Below, in pieces: positions 1-9,273 of a stretch of DNA of 38,763 nt. Below the pieces are notes generated by a model. It was not told where the DNA came from, ran no database searches, and saw only the letters and a program-made list of their open reading frames with translations. Position numbers and translations under genes: made by a program. Origin of the DNA: a virus (taxonomy: Duplodnaviria; Caudoviricetes); IMG/VR virus record IMGVR_UViG_3300005805_000208, positions 1 to 38,763 of that record; one strand, given 5' to 3'. Every line of letters starts with the position of its first letter. Positions within the stretch are counted from its first letter, which is position 1.

Positions 1-1554
1 AAAAGAGCCATAGGCATCTATTACTGCTGTTCCATTTGTAAATTGACCTATTGCGGTAACGCCCTTGACTGTTAATTTCGCACTAGGACTACTTGTTCCC
101 AGACCTAACGAGCCACCTGCAGTTAATCTCATCTGCTCACTAGATGTTTGCCCAAATACAATCGCCCCACCATTAGCCGTAATCCCAAGAGTTGTTCCTG
201 AATTGGATTGCCAAATCTGATTAACATTTGTATCCGTTCCGTTGATCCTTAAGCCATTAAATAGTGCAGAACCAAAGGTTGAGTTGCCCGTAACAGTTAA
301 AGCACCCGATATCGTCCCACCGCTTAGTGGTAGTGCGTAAGAGGAATAATTGGCACTTGTTAATACAGTTTTCCAAGGTTGCCAATTCGCACTATCGGTT
401 TTATTCCTAAACTCCATCGTTCCCGTATAGTGAAATCTCTGTTGGACTACTGCCGTTGAGCCAAAAGGATTGAAAACCAAAACAGAATGAGAATCGCCTG
501 AGTTTTGTTGTAAATAAAATCCATTACCCGTTGCGTTATCTATATTTGCCGTAGTTACAGAGCCTCTATCTACCATTACAGTAGAACCCGTTACATTGAT
601 TCCCCAAGTTCCACTAGCACCCGTTCCCGTTAGCGTGGGTGCGTAAGAGTTGTAATTACCTGAATGAATCATAGTGTTGTTATCGAAATAGAGAGTTCCG
701 TTCGTTCTCATTTCTAAAAACTTACCGACTACTCCCGATATATGAAAAGCAATACCCGTTGTAGTGTTTCCGTAACTTTCTGTCCATAGTGAAGCACTTG
801 TGTAAGCCCCATCAGTTTGATTCTTTCTGTAATAAGTAGAACCCGTTACGACACCGCCCGATAAAGGTAGTGCGTAAGAAGAATAATTCCCTGCCGTTAA
901 TACCTGACTTCCATTTTGAGTGATTGAACCCGAAGCGTTGAGAGTTCCACTCACATCTAATTTGTAGGCAGGGGATACAGTTCCTACTCCAACCCGATCA
1001 TTCGTTGCATCTACAAATAAAGTGTTCGTATCAACAGTTAAACCACCGAAAGTGGGCGACGATGTTGTTGATAAATTTTGATTAATTGCGTACTGGGTTA
1101 TATTCCTGGCGTCACCCGTAATGGTAGCACTTGAGGTGATATAACCACTGGGATTACTGGCCAAATAATAGGTGTTAGCATCGACGGATCCATCGGCTTT
1201 TAAGAATTGGCTAGAGATTCCACCGGATTTGATTAAGCTACTAGCCGTCACCGAAGATGAAAAACTAGCAGAAGTTCCACTCAAAGAACCAGTAAGGGTT
1301 CCACCCGCTAAAGGCAATTTGCTTGAATCCGTTGCGCTAACAGTGATGGATCCACCAAGTGAAACGGGTGTGGAATTAATCGTGATGGAGCTATTGTTTA
1401 ATGCGGAATTGGGAATGTTGGTTAGCGAGGCCCCCGATCCACTAAAAGTTTGAGCGGTGATCGTGTTCGAAGCTGTAATATTCGATGCGTTGACAATTGG
1501 TTGTCCGTTAGCGTCCAACCCTTGTGCGCCCAGTAGTGCCTTTTTTGTAGCCAT
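1..1554 (-). CDS. Long tail fibre protein, N-terminal 518 aa (runs off the left edge; absent from the ORF track)
   Basis: ATG at 1554 (MATKKALLGAQGLDANGQPIVN...), read by hand as open to position 1 (...GTAVIDAYGSF). Gly/Ser/Thr-rich, with fibre motifs RVGVGTVSPAYKLDVSG, SLGLGTSSPSAKLTV, NYSSYALPLSGG (twice) and WQPWKTV. Confidence 0.85.
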   Translation of the reverse strand, partial: MATKKALLGAQGLDANGQPIVNASNITASNTITAQTFSGSGASLTNIPNSALNNSSITINSTPVSLGGSITVSATDSSKLPLAGGTLTGSLSGTSASFSSSVTASSLIKSGGISSQFLKADGSVDANTYYLASNPSGYITSSATITGDARNITQYAINQNLSTTSSPTFGGLTVDTNTLFVDATNDRVGVGTVSPAYKLDVSGTLNASGSITQNGSQVLTAGNYSSYALPLSGGVVTGSTYYRKNQTDGAYTSASLWTESYGNTTTGIAFHISGVVGKFLEMRTNGTLYFDNNTMIHSGNYNSYAPTLTGTGASGTWGINVTGSTVMVDRGSVTTANIDNATGNGFYLQQNSGDSHSVLVFNPFGSTAVVQQRFHYTGTMEFRNKTDSANWQPWKTVLTSANYSSYALPLSGGTISGALTVTGNSTFGSALFNGLRINGTDTNVNQIWQSNSGTTLGITANGGAIVFGQTSSEQMRLTAGGSLGLGTSSPSAKLTVKGVTAIGQFTNGTAVIDAYGSF

Positions 1555-1594
1555 TGGTTCCCTATCCCCTTTGGTTATATGTTGATATTAAATA

Positions 1595-3496
1595 TTAAAC
1601 GACGATCGCATTCCTTAGAATAGTAATCGTGGTCGAAGCGTTAGCTGGAGTGACCAAGAGCCTTAAATTATTAGAATTAATATCGGCATCAAAAGTCGCC
1701 AAGCTGGAGCCTGAATAAATATCACCATATTCGACCATATAAACCGAAGTTCCGTCGTGCGTGAGCATAAGCTTGGTCGCCTGATAAGAGGTTCCTGATT
1801 TAACTTGGATTAGGTATTCAACCGTTCGGTAACTTAAAGCCGAAATCGATTCCACGACTTGATTGGGCGTGGTTGCGGTTGTAGTCAGGGTGGCGACATT
1901 GTTATTCGCCAAAGTAGATCCACTGGCCTGGACGGATATGTTGCCATTAATCGTTAAACCGCCAAAAGTCGGCGTCGAAGTTGTGCCAATTGATTGAGGC
2001 AGTGACAAGGTAACCGCACCCGTATTGGCCGAGGTAACGACTTGATTAGCCGTTCCTTGAACAGAAGTTACACCGCTATTGGTAATCGTTAGGGCAGAGG
2101 AGCCGTCGTAGGTCGATCCTGACGACAAACTTAAACCAGTGCCAACGGTTAATGCGTTAGCCACCTTATTGGCCGTCGTTGAGGTAGTCGAAGTGGTTGA
2201 GCTAGAAGCATTTCCGTTTAGGGTCGCCGTAATAGTTCCGGCACTAAAATTGCCCGAAGAATCCCGCAAAACAATTGCGTTGGCCGTATTGCTAGAAGTT
2301 GCGGTTGTGGAGGCATTGGCAATATTGGTGATCGTGTTTGATCCACCGTCAATCGTTTTGCCGGTCAGCGTTTGGGTTCCGCTAAGGGTTACAACAGTGG
2401 TATCAATTGCAAAAGTATTTCCCGTAAGGGTTAAACCCGTTCCCGCAAGATACGAACCCTGGCCGGAAAATTGGCTAAATTCGATGTGTGTAGTTCCAAG
2501 CGTTCCACCCTTGTCATTCGTACAAACCCATCCCGTATCTTTTTGCGTTGTGCCTTCTTCTACAAAAGTAAAAGCCCCAACCAGCTCGTCGTAAGTGTCG
2601 GCATCGCTTGTTCGTGTCCAAGACCCCGAAGCGACAAGGTAGAGACCGTTATTTTGCTTAGAGGTTTGGTTTTTGACCAAGACTCGATCGCCAACATCAA
2701 GATTAACCCCGTCGATTGTTTGGGTTCCGCTAAGGGTTATGTTCTCGGTCGTCGCAACCTTGACACTTGCTTTAACATCAAGGCCTTGGGCGACTGAATC
2801 GACATAAGATTTCGTTGCGACATCAGTTGAATTGGTGGTTGTTCCGCTAATCGTCACCATACTAAAAGTAGGAGATGACGCGGTTCCTAAATTTTGATTG
2901 ATGGTATAAGAAGTGATATTAGAAGCGCTTCCCGATATGTTGCCTGAGATCTTCGATCCCGAAAGGGATGTTATCCAAGAAGGATCGGAATAAGATCCAT
3001 TTGTATAAACACCATTTGCAACCGATCCCGCTTGTCCCGAAATGTTACCCGTAATTTTAGAACCCGCCAAGCTGGTGATCCAGGTTGGATCTGTGTAAGA
3101 TCCGCTAGTGACCACACCCGAAGCGCCCGAAATATCGGAGGTTTGTAAAGTAATGGATCCCGTTCGTCCATTAAAAGATTCAACACCTCCGGATCCATTG
3201 GATGCCGAGGTGATTCGACCTTTGGCGTCGACTGTGATGTTGGCCGTTGTATACGACCCGGCAGTGACTCCCGTATTTGATAAAGTAGTTGCCGATGAAC
3301 CTGCCGAGCTTGTGACATCTCCCGTTAAAGCTGGAAGTCTTAAGGCCGAAAGCGTTCCACTGGTTAAATTGGAAGCGTTTGACGATTGCGATACGGTCGC
3401 TACATCGGAAGCACTGACGCCATCGGCTACATTAATGATCGAAAGATTGTTGTTATCTAATCCATTTTTTACTACAAAGCGTTTTAAGTTTGCCAT
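1595..3496 (-). CDS. Fibre-like virion structural protein (633 aa)
   Basis: N-terminal FVVKNGL motif; GSYTTANITVDAKGRITSASNG fibre repeat; conserved phage block VKVATTENITLSGTQTIDGV...GDRVLVKNQ...NGLY...WTR; C-terminal YRTVEYLIQV...EYG...LATFDADI domain. AAGGGG RBS upstream. Confidence 0.8.
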   Translation of the reverse strand: MANLKRFVVKNGLDNNNLSIINVADGVSASDVATVSQSSNASNLTSGTLSALRLPALTGDVTSSAGSSATTLSNTGVTAGSYTTANITVDAKGRITSASNGSGGVESFNGRTGSITLQTSDISGASGVVTSGSYTDPTWITSLAGSKITGNISGQAGSVANGVYTNGSYSDPSWITSLSGSKISGNISGSASNITSYTINQNLGTASSPTFSMVTISGTTTNSTDVATKSYVDSVAQGLDVKASVKVATTENITLSGTQTIDGVNLDVGDRVLVKNQTSKQNNGLYLVASGSWTRTSDADTYDELVGAFTFVEEGTTQKDTGWVCTNDKGGTLGTTHIEFSQFSGQGSYLAGTGLTLTGNTFAIDTTVVTLSGTQTLTGKTIDGGSNTITNIANASTTATSSNTANAIVLRDSSGNFSAGTITATLNGNASSSTTSTTSTTANKVANALTVGTGLSLSSGSTYDGSSALTITNSGVTSVQGTANQVVTSANTGAVTLSLPQSIGTTSTPTFGGLTINGNISVQASGSTLANNNVATLTTTATTPNQVVESISALSYRTVEYLIQVKSGTSYQATKLMLTHDGTSVYMVEYGDIYSGSSLATFDADINSNNLRLLVTPANASTTITILRNAIVV

Positions 3497-3548
3497 AAAA
3501 TCCCCTTCTATTTAGTTTATCTAATTATTTTGATTACGAATTTTGACC

Positions 3549-4739
3549 CTAGGAGGGCGTATAGACCGCGTAGATGTCATACATTTTGATATGAGCCGAA
3601 GCCGAGTATTCGCCATATTCCCCTGCCACTCCACCCTCACCCGAATAACGAACTTGCAAGTCTGCCATATTCATTGAGCCAAGAGAAGCCGTATAACTTG
3701 AAGCGCTAGTATCTTGTTGCTGACTACTTGTTGAAACAATCGCGGTCCAAGTTGAGCCGTTATCGGTAGAGTATTCTAGGGTTGCTGACGCACCTACTTC
3801 TGCCCAATCGCTTGAGGTGGCGTATAGACCTGCTTTTAGGTATAGCGTTCCGCTTGTAATCGAAGCACTAGCGAAATGACAAGTTACAGTGCCGTTGTAA
3901 GTTGCTGAACCATTAAGCTCTACATACCCATAGGTAGTAGTATCGCCAAACGAAATATCTCTCGTTTTCGAGTAGTCGTAATTAAGAGCATTAGACCCAC
4001 TAAAGGTTGGGTTGCCGTCATCTCTTGTCGTAACATCGACACCCGTAACGGTCAGGGTTGCTTCGTTTGAATTGAGCGATGAAGTATTAGTCCAAGTAGC
4101 AGTAGCGGTATTCGATTGGACAGTAATACCTTCATCGTTTCTCGTATTGGTGACCTTGCAGTAATAATCTCCCGTCACTTGGGTCGTCAAATAACTATAA
4201 ATCTCGTAATTAAGAACATCTCCGTTGGCCTTGTACCATTGATACGATAGCGTTCCATTTCCATTAGCAACGACCGATAAAGTTGCACCGCCAATTCCAC
4301 CGGTAATCGTAGCAACGCAACGATATTTATAACCACTCATACCTGCGGTGAGCGTTTCGGTCGTATAACTATTGGTCGTTCCACCGCTTCCCGTTGTTAC
4401 ATTTGCAAACCCCGATCCCGAATCGCGTTGCCATTGATACGATCGGGTTCCAAAAAAGGGGTCGGAAACTGTAATGGTAAAAGTGGCCGTAGTATTTACA
4501 TCGCCCGATTGATTAGTTGGTTGGGAAGTAATAATCGGTGCAGAAACCGAGCCACTTTGGTTAGTAGGTTGGGTTGTGATATTGGGAGAAGTAACGACTT
4601 GATAAACTTGTCGCCAATCGTTGTTGGAGTAAATATAAATTGCTCTAGCTTCAAGCCAATTCGTCCCATCATAATAACGAGGACGCTTGATCGTCCGCCA
4701 TTGATTATTGTAGTAAATCTGAAACTTATAATCGGTCAT
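3549..4739 (-). CDS. Putative fibre-tip adhesin with Ig-like domains (396 aa)
   Basis: N-terminal three-Trp segment; Ig signatures ITSQP, YQW and YRC/YYC; C-terminal beta domain similar to 37476..38114. Starts immediately after the stop of the upstream fibre gene. Confidence 0.7.
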   Translation of the reverse strand: MTDYKFQIYYNNQWRTIKRPRYYDGTNWLEARAIYIYSNNDWRQVYQVVTSPNITTQPTNQSGSVSAPIITSQPTNQSGDVNTTATFTITVSDPFFGTRSYQWQRDSGSGFANVTTGSGGTTNSYTTETLTAGMSGYKYRCVATITGGIGGATLSVVANGNGTLSYQWYKANGDVLNYEIYSYLTTQVTGDYYCKVTNTRNDEGITVQSNTATATWTNTSSLNSNEATLTVTGVDVTTRDDGNPTFSGSNALNYDYSKTRDISFGDTTTYGYVELNGSATYNGTVTCHFASASITSGTLYLKAGLYATSSDWAEVGASATLEYSTDNGSTWTAIVSTSSQQQDTSASSYTASLGSMNMADLQVRYSGEGGVAGEYGEYSASAHIKMYDIYAVYTPS

Positions 4740-6164
4740 TTAGTAAATCCAAGCGATGTCACCTTCGGAAGGATTACTAGGATTCTGATTCCCATAGGGA
4801 ACCAAAGTCATTTTTCCAAGAGGCAGACCACTTTTAATCGTGACGGTTCCGCTGAAAGTTCCGGTCGTGGCACTTACTGACCCACCCGAAAGATCATACG
4901 CGGTAATATTCCCCGTTATTTTTGAAGCCGACAGAGAAAAAATCCAAGACGGATTCGTATATGATCCCGAAGTGACTACCCCACCCGCATTTGAAATCAT
5001 TGTCGAGGTTATACCGTTTATGTAACCGCTTGGATTTGAGGAATTGTAAGGTGTATAGCCTAGAGCATTTGTGACCATTGTTGAAGTGATGCTTGAAATG
5101 TACCCACTAGGATTCGTGGAATTGTATGGTGTGTAACCTAATGCGTTTGTCACCATTGTGGAGGTAATACTTGAAATATATCCGCTTGGATTTGAGGAGT
5201 TGTAAGGAGTATACCCAAGGGCATTTGTCACCATTGTGGATGTTATTCCGGTTATGTAACCACTGGGATTCGTAGAATTATAGGGGGTAAAAGTTAAAGC
5301 TCCGGTAACATCACTAGAGGTGAGCGTTATGGCTCCCGTTCGCGTATTAAAGCTCGTAACACCCGAACCGCTTGGATTTGCCACTTGATATACGCCTTGG
5401 GTCCATATATCAAAAATGTTTAGATAGATTTGCCCACTTGGTTCGGTCACATTTTGCGGGGGTTCATCAGGTTGTGAGGGCAACGGTATGGAATCACCCG
5501 CACCTCTCGTCATAACGGCCCTGATCCTTAAATTTGATAAGGTTGGAGAGGTGTTTGATACGACCAATGTGGAAATTGTTGGCGATAACGGTTGATTAGT
5601 GTAGTCCGTTGCTATATTAATCCAATCAGTTCCATTAAAAGAGTAATCCCATTGAACGGACGAAACCCCACCGGCTCCGTCCAATATGCTTTCATAACCG
5701 CGACAGATGTTGACCGTAAATGATCCAGTATCATAAGGCAAATTGGTTGAATTAGAAAATCCATCAAACAAGAGGGTTGTAACTCGATCAATTAAATACG
5801 GTCCGGGAAGAGCATCCCAATTTCCAAAAGTACCCGTATGGGAAACATCCAAATCGTAAGCTAATTGGTAGTCAGTTGAATCAGCGAAACCTTGCGTATT
5901 GCCCGACCTTGAATAAACGGATGGCCGTTTGGTTTCTATTACGGAATTAGTAGCTCCACCTCCGGGAATCGGCGCCCAAGTTCCATCCGCTCTCAGAAAG
6001 TAATTATTGGCCGTCGCAACGCTACTGGGCGACGGAACCATTCCTTTTTTTCCAACCGTTTGAGTTCCGGATGGCGGAGAAAAGGCAGACGCTACCTCCG
6101 AGACCTCATAGGTAGTTGGTATGGCCGTCGAGCCATCGGATGTTGTCCATTGACTATTTGGCAT
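4740..6164 (-). CDS. Tail fibre protein with 26-aa tandem repeats (probable start ATG 6164; track gives GTG 6182)
   Basis: KKGMVPSP...FLRADGTW fibre motif, VTSFNTRTGAITL motif, four TPYNSxNPSGYIxxITSTMVTNALGY repeats, C-terminal PSNPSEGDIAWIY. Confidence 0.75.
   Translation of the reverse strand: MPNSQWTTSDGSTAIPTTYEVSEVASAFSPPSGTQTVGKKGMVPSPSSVATANNYFLRADGTWAPIPGGGATNSVIETKRPSVYSRSGNTQGFADSTDYQLAYDLDVSHTGTFGNWDALPGPYLIDRVTTLLFDGFSNSTNLPYDTGSFTVNICRGYESILDGAGGVSSVQWDYSFNGTDWINIATDYTNQPLSPTISTLVVSNTSPTLSNLRIRAVMTRGAGDSIPLPSQPDEPPQNVTEPSGQIYLNIFDIWTQGVYQVANPSGSGVTSFNTRTGAITLTSSDVTGALTFTPYNSTNPSGYITGITSTMVTNALGYTPYNSSNPSGYISSITSTMVTNALGYTPYNSTNPSGYISSITSTMVTNALGYTPYNSSNPSGYINGITSTMISNAGGVVTSGSYTNPSWIFSLSASKITGNITAYDLSGGSVSATTGTFSGTVTIKSGLPLGKMTLVPYGNQNPSNPSEGDIAWIY
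4990..5304 (-). repeat. About four 78-bp coding tandem repeats (26 aa)
   Basis: The protein repeat TPYNS(T/S)NPSGYI(T/S)(G/S)ITSTMVTNALGY recurs; DNA copies differ mainly at synonymous positions. Confidence 0.9.
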
Positions 6165-6462
6165 TGTAGACCGCCCGAACACCCGCTTTAACCAAACTAT
6201 TTCCGATCGTTAGACTTCCCAAAGTTTGGGTAAACACATTTTCATCGCCCGAAACGGTTGTTCTTATAATGTATTTATCTTCGTCGAGTATGGAAGTTCC
6301 ATAATAAAGAATAATTTCAAAGCTGGTGGGACGAGGTGCATTTGCTGGGAATGTCCACCGAACGGTCGCAATCTTTTTCTTTACAAATTTGGGGTTTCCA
6401 AGAGGCCCACCTTCACCTCCCGTATGTAAACTGTCATCATCGGTCAAAATATATTTAGCCAT
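6154..6462 (-). CDS. Small tail-tip accessory protein with partial fibronectin-III-like pattern (102 aa)
   Basis: AAGGA RBS; VRWTFP...TSFEI...VKAGVRAVY resembles FN3 strands B-F; lies between the central tail protein and a fibre gene. Confidence 0.6.
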   Translation of the reverse strand: MAKYILTDDDSLHTGGEGGPLGNPKFVKKKIATVRWTFPANAPRPTSFEIILYYGTSILDEDKYIIRTTVSGDENVFTQTLGSLTIGNSLVKAGVRAVYNAK

Positions 6463-6472
6463 TTGAATTTCC

Positions 6473-8788
6473 TTAAATATCCGTAATCGTTAAAGTAACA
6501 TCGTAGGGTTGGGGTAATTGTATTTGACTAATTGTATATTGATAGGCGATCACATCGGAAGCGATGCCGTTATAAGTCGCGGGTGATACGGGTGGAGTAT
6601 AGGTCGAAAAACTTGTCGAGTTAATATCAACCGAAAAATTGTTGGCATCTATAACGGTCACATTTCCCGCTAAATTATTAATTTGAGTCATACCCGCAAT
6701 TGCACTAAAAACAACACGATTCCCGTTTGTTAAAGTATGGTTAGGCGAAGTAACAACGGCAGAAGTGCTTTTTGTGATGTTGGTAATCTTAAAACCATCA
6801 AACGATTGCGATACCAATCCCCATTGGTTAAACGAAAGAAACTTGAAGTAAATTTGTAGGGTTGCTGGGTAGGTCGGAATAAACGATGGAGGTAAATTCC
6901 ATCGGTATATCGCATCATCCATTCGCACAAAAGATTCATTTGCCGAATGGCTACTAATCGGCGTTCCGTACACCCCACGAATAAGGTTGATTTGCTTATT
7001 TGATGATCCCAACCATAATTCAAAATTTCCATCGGCGTTCATTTGGGCGTATTGATAGGACATTAATTCACTACCGACTCGGAATAAAGTGACATATTTA
7101 TTCATAGCCGACGCCGATGCGTTCAACAGAGATCCCCCGGAGGTCAGTTGTGCAGTGATTTGGCTAGTTGTATCGGAAACGGCATTATTGTTATTGCCAA
7201 AAGCGTTGAGGCTCTTTCCGTACCGAGCCTTTGTGTAGATGGTTCCTATTTGTTGATAATCGATATTATCGAGCGAAGCATAAATGTCGCATCCGCCCCA
7301 GGCTTCATTAAGGGATGAAACGGCAATCCAAAGCTCTTGTGAAACACTGTCATTCAAAAAATAGGGGGGTGAGAAGAATGATGGGGTCAGAATTTGCCCC
7401 GGATAGGTTCCTTGATTAGTTGTATTACCATCGCCACTGTTAACTACATATTTTGTCGGGGTTGCATTACCAAAAAGAAAGTCCTCTGCCTCGATATTTA
7501 GAAGCATATCGTCCGTTTCTTCGATGGATAAGATTCTTACTGGTCTCTTGTACAATCCCAACCCCGCATCGGTAAGGGTTATAAGATCGAACGGCTCTAG
7601 GAGTGAGAATTTTAAGGACAAAGTAAAAGAATAAGTGTTACGAACATAGAGACCCCGTTGTAGCATCGTTTGAGCGACGGACTGAGCCGTATCTTTATTT
7701 GTAATCCAGTGGCAATTGATGGTTTCAGATTTTCGAAGCCCAAAAACCTGGATATCACTATCATCTTTAACCTCACAAATCGTGGGATTGAAATCTTTTT
7801 CGGAATTCAAGTATTCCAATGAGACCTGGTTTTGTGTGTCTTGTTTGTTTTTTCTTGTAATCACAATGGGATCTACGCCCCGTCCCGAAATAAATTCGTC
7901 ATCGGTTAGATCGTAAATCGGAGTTGAGTTTGCAAGGAATTGATAGTTCCAAGTGGAGCTAGAAGCCGGGATGCTTACATCCGCATAGGTCTTGATTTTT
8001 AGATAGCCCTCGCTCCATAAAAAGTCACAATTAGTCGACTTCATAATGTCGTTGAGCCATTCGGCCGTTGGTTTTTGTTCGTTGAAAATGGGTGAGAAGA
8101 ATAGATTTGAGCAAATGCAATAGTTGTACCAGCTATAAAAACGATTAGGATCGCTAGATGAAGGTTTTAGGTTTGGATCTAAACTAGAAAACCCGATTCC
8201 GTAAAAAGGGTCGGTCAGGATACCTTTTATGATGTGGTACGGGTGGCTTTCCACTTTTCCCGTCGTTGCATCGGTGTTAACGAACGGATCAAAGCCGGTA
8301 ATCACACAAGAGGTTTGAGGAAGCGTGGTTGCCGATCCTAAATCAATCGTTTTTGATAAGTAAGCAAACCTTGGGTATCCATAAGCCTCTAAAGGTATTT
8401 TTGATACCAAATAGGTCCAAGGGTCTTGCGGTAAAGATCCGGGTGTCGTTGTGTATCCCTTAGAAGAAGCACTATAAAAATTGGTTTTATCTAAATAAAT
8501 TTTTCCAAATTGTATATTTCCGTCGCCTTCGCAGAAGGCTTGTTGGATGGTGACATTATAGGTATAAGTTGTGGTTGTATTCCCACCGCCTCCAAAACCT
8601 TTTCCACCTGAAGTCCGACTGGTGTGGGCAATCGCCGTCCAAAACCCTCTCCATATTAAATTGGGCGAAAGTCGGTTGGTTCCAAAAATAATAGGGACAA
8701 CGGATCCATAACACGAAGTTTGAATCGATAATCCAGTTACGGCGACTGGCTTTTGTGCGTTAGATTTACCCCCGCCTCCAAAACTCAT
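6473..8788 (-). CDS. Central tail/host-specificity protein (GTA tail-tip, lambda J-like; 771 aa)
   Basis: IQTSCYGSVVPIIFGTNRLSPNLIW N-terminus, Y-x-F-x-L...LLEPFDLI motif, LIRGVYGT motif, YFKFLSFN motif; follows NlpC/P60. Extra FCCH-like domain near the C-terminus. Confidence 0.85.
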   Translation of the reverse strand: MSFGGGGKSNAQKPVAVTGLSIQTSCYGSVVPIIFGTNRLSPNLIWRGFWTAIAHTSRTSGGKGFGGGGNTTTTYTYNVTIQQAFCEGDGNIQFGKIYLDKTNFYSASSKGYTTTPGSLPQDPWTYLVSKIPLEAYGYPRFAYLSKTIDLGSATTLPQTSCVITGFDPFVNTDATTGKVESHPYHIIKGILTDPFYGIGFSSLDPNLKPSSSDPNRFYSWYNYCICSNLFFSPIFNEQKPTAEWLNDIMKSTNCDFLWSEGYLKIKTYADVSIPASSSTWNYQFLANSTPIYDLTDDEFISGRGVDPIVITRKNKQDTQNQVSLEYLNSEKDFNPTICEVKDDSDIQVFGLRKSETINCHWITNKDTAQSVAQTMLQRGLYVRNTYSFTLSLKFSLLEPFDLITLTDAGLGLYKRPVRILSIEETDDMLLNIEAEDFLFGNATPTKYVVNSGDGNTTNQGTYPGQILTPSFFSPPYFLNDSVSQELWIAVSSLNEAWGGCDIYASLDNIDYQQIGTIYTKARYGKSLNAFGNNNNAVSDTTSQITAQLTSGGSLLNASASAMNKYVTLFRVGSELMSYQYAQMNADGNFELWLGSSNKQINLIRGVYGTPISSHSANESFVRMDDAIYRWNLPPSFIPTYPATLQIYFKFLSFNQWGLVSQSFDGFKITNITKSTSAVVTSPNHTLTNGNRVVFSAIAGMTQINNLAGNVTVIDANNFSVDINSTSFSTYTPPVSPATYNGIASDVIAYQYTISQIQLPQPYDVTLTITDI

Positions 8789-9273
8789 AGTCTATTCCAG
8801 GGAGCTGTAAAAAACATAGAGGCACGATCTTTCATTCGGCCATTTGTAAAATCGTCAAGAATAACGCCTCGTTCGTTCATAGCGTGGATAATCAACGGCC
8901 AACAAATAAAGATCCCGGCGTGACTAATGGCATTTCCCAAGCGGAACATAACGACATCGCCTGGCTTGGGCGTTGTGGTTGGTATTCCATATTTCATCAT
9001 CTTGGCCAAATATAATTCTTGATTTTGATGAAGCGACCAATCGGGAGAATAATCGGGAACAATTTCATCACCATTAAGAGCATTAATCTTCTCGTAGATC
9101 GCCACCATCAACATCGCACAATCGGTCCCCTTACCCTTTGTTTTTGCGTGTGGAATGTAGGGTGTATTAATCCAGGTAAAAGCCTCCTGGATGACTCTTA
9201 GGCGAAGATCCCTTTCTTGGTTTGATACATCTTCTAATCCTTTTAAGATTCTCTGCTCATAATCGGCGTACAT
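8785..9273 (-). CDS. NlpC/P60 family tail-associated peptidase
   Basis: AFTWINTPY...KGKGTDCA (catalytic Cys), PGDVVMF, SHAGIF and IIHA motifs; canonical position in the tail-tip block. Confidence 0.92.
   Translation of the reverse strand: MYADYEQRILKGLEDVSNQERDLRLRVIQEAFTWINTPYIPHAKTKGKGTDCAMLMVAIYEKINALNGDEIVPDYSPDWSLHQNQELYLAKMMKYGIPTTTPKPGDVVMFRLGNAISHAGIFICWPLIIHAMNERGVILDDFTNGRMKDRASMFFTAPWNRL

Noticed and set aside
1172-5025. Plus-strand ORFs opposite the fibre genes (1172..1453, 2139..2594, 2471..2797, 3108..3515, 4428..4880, 4840..5025)
   Set aside because: Antisense shadows of Ser/Thr/Gly-rich genes; no RBS or recognisable motifs.
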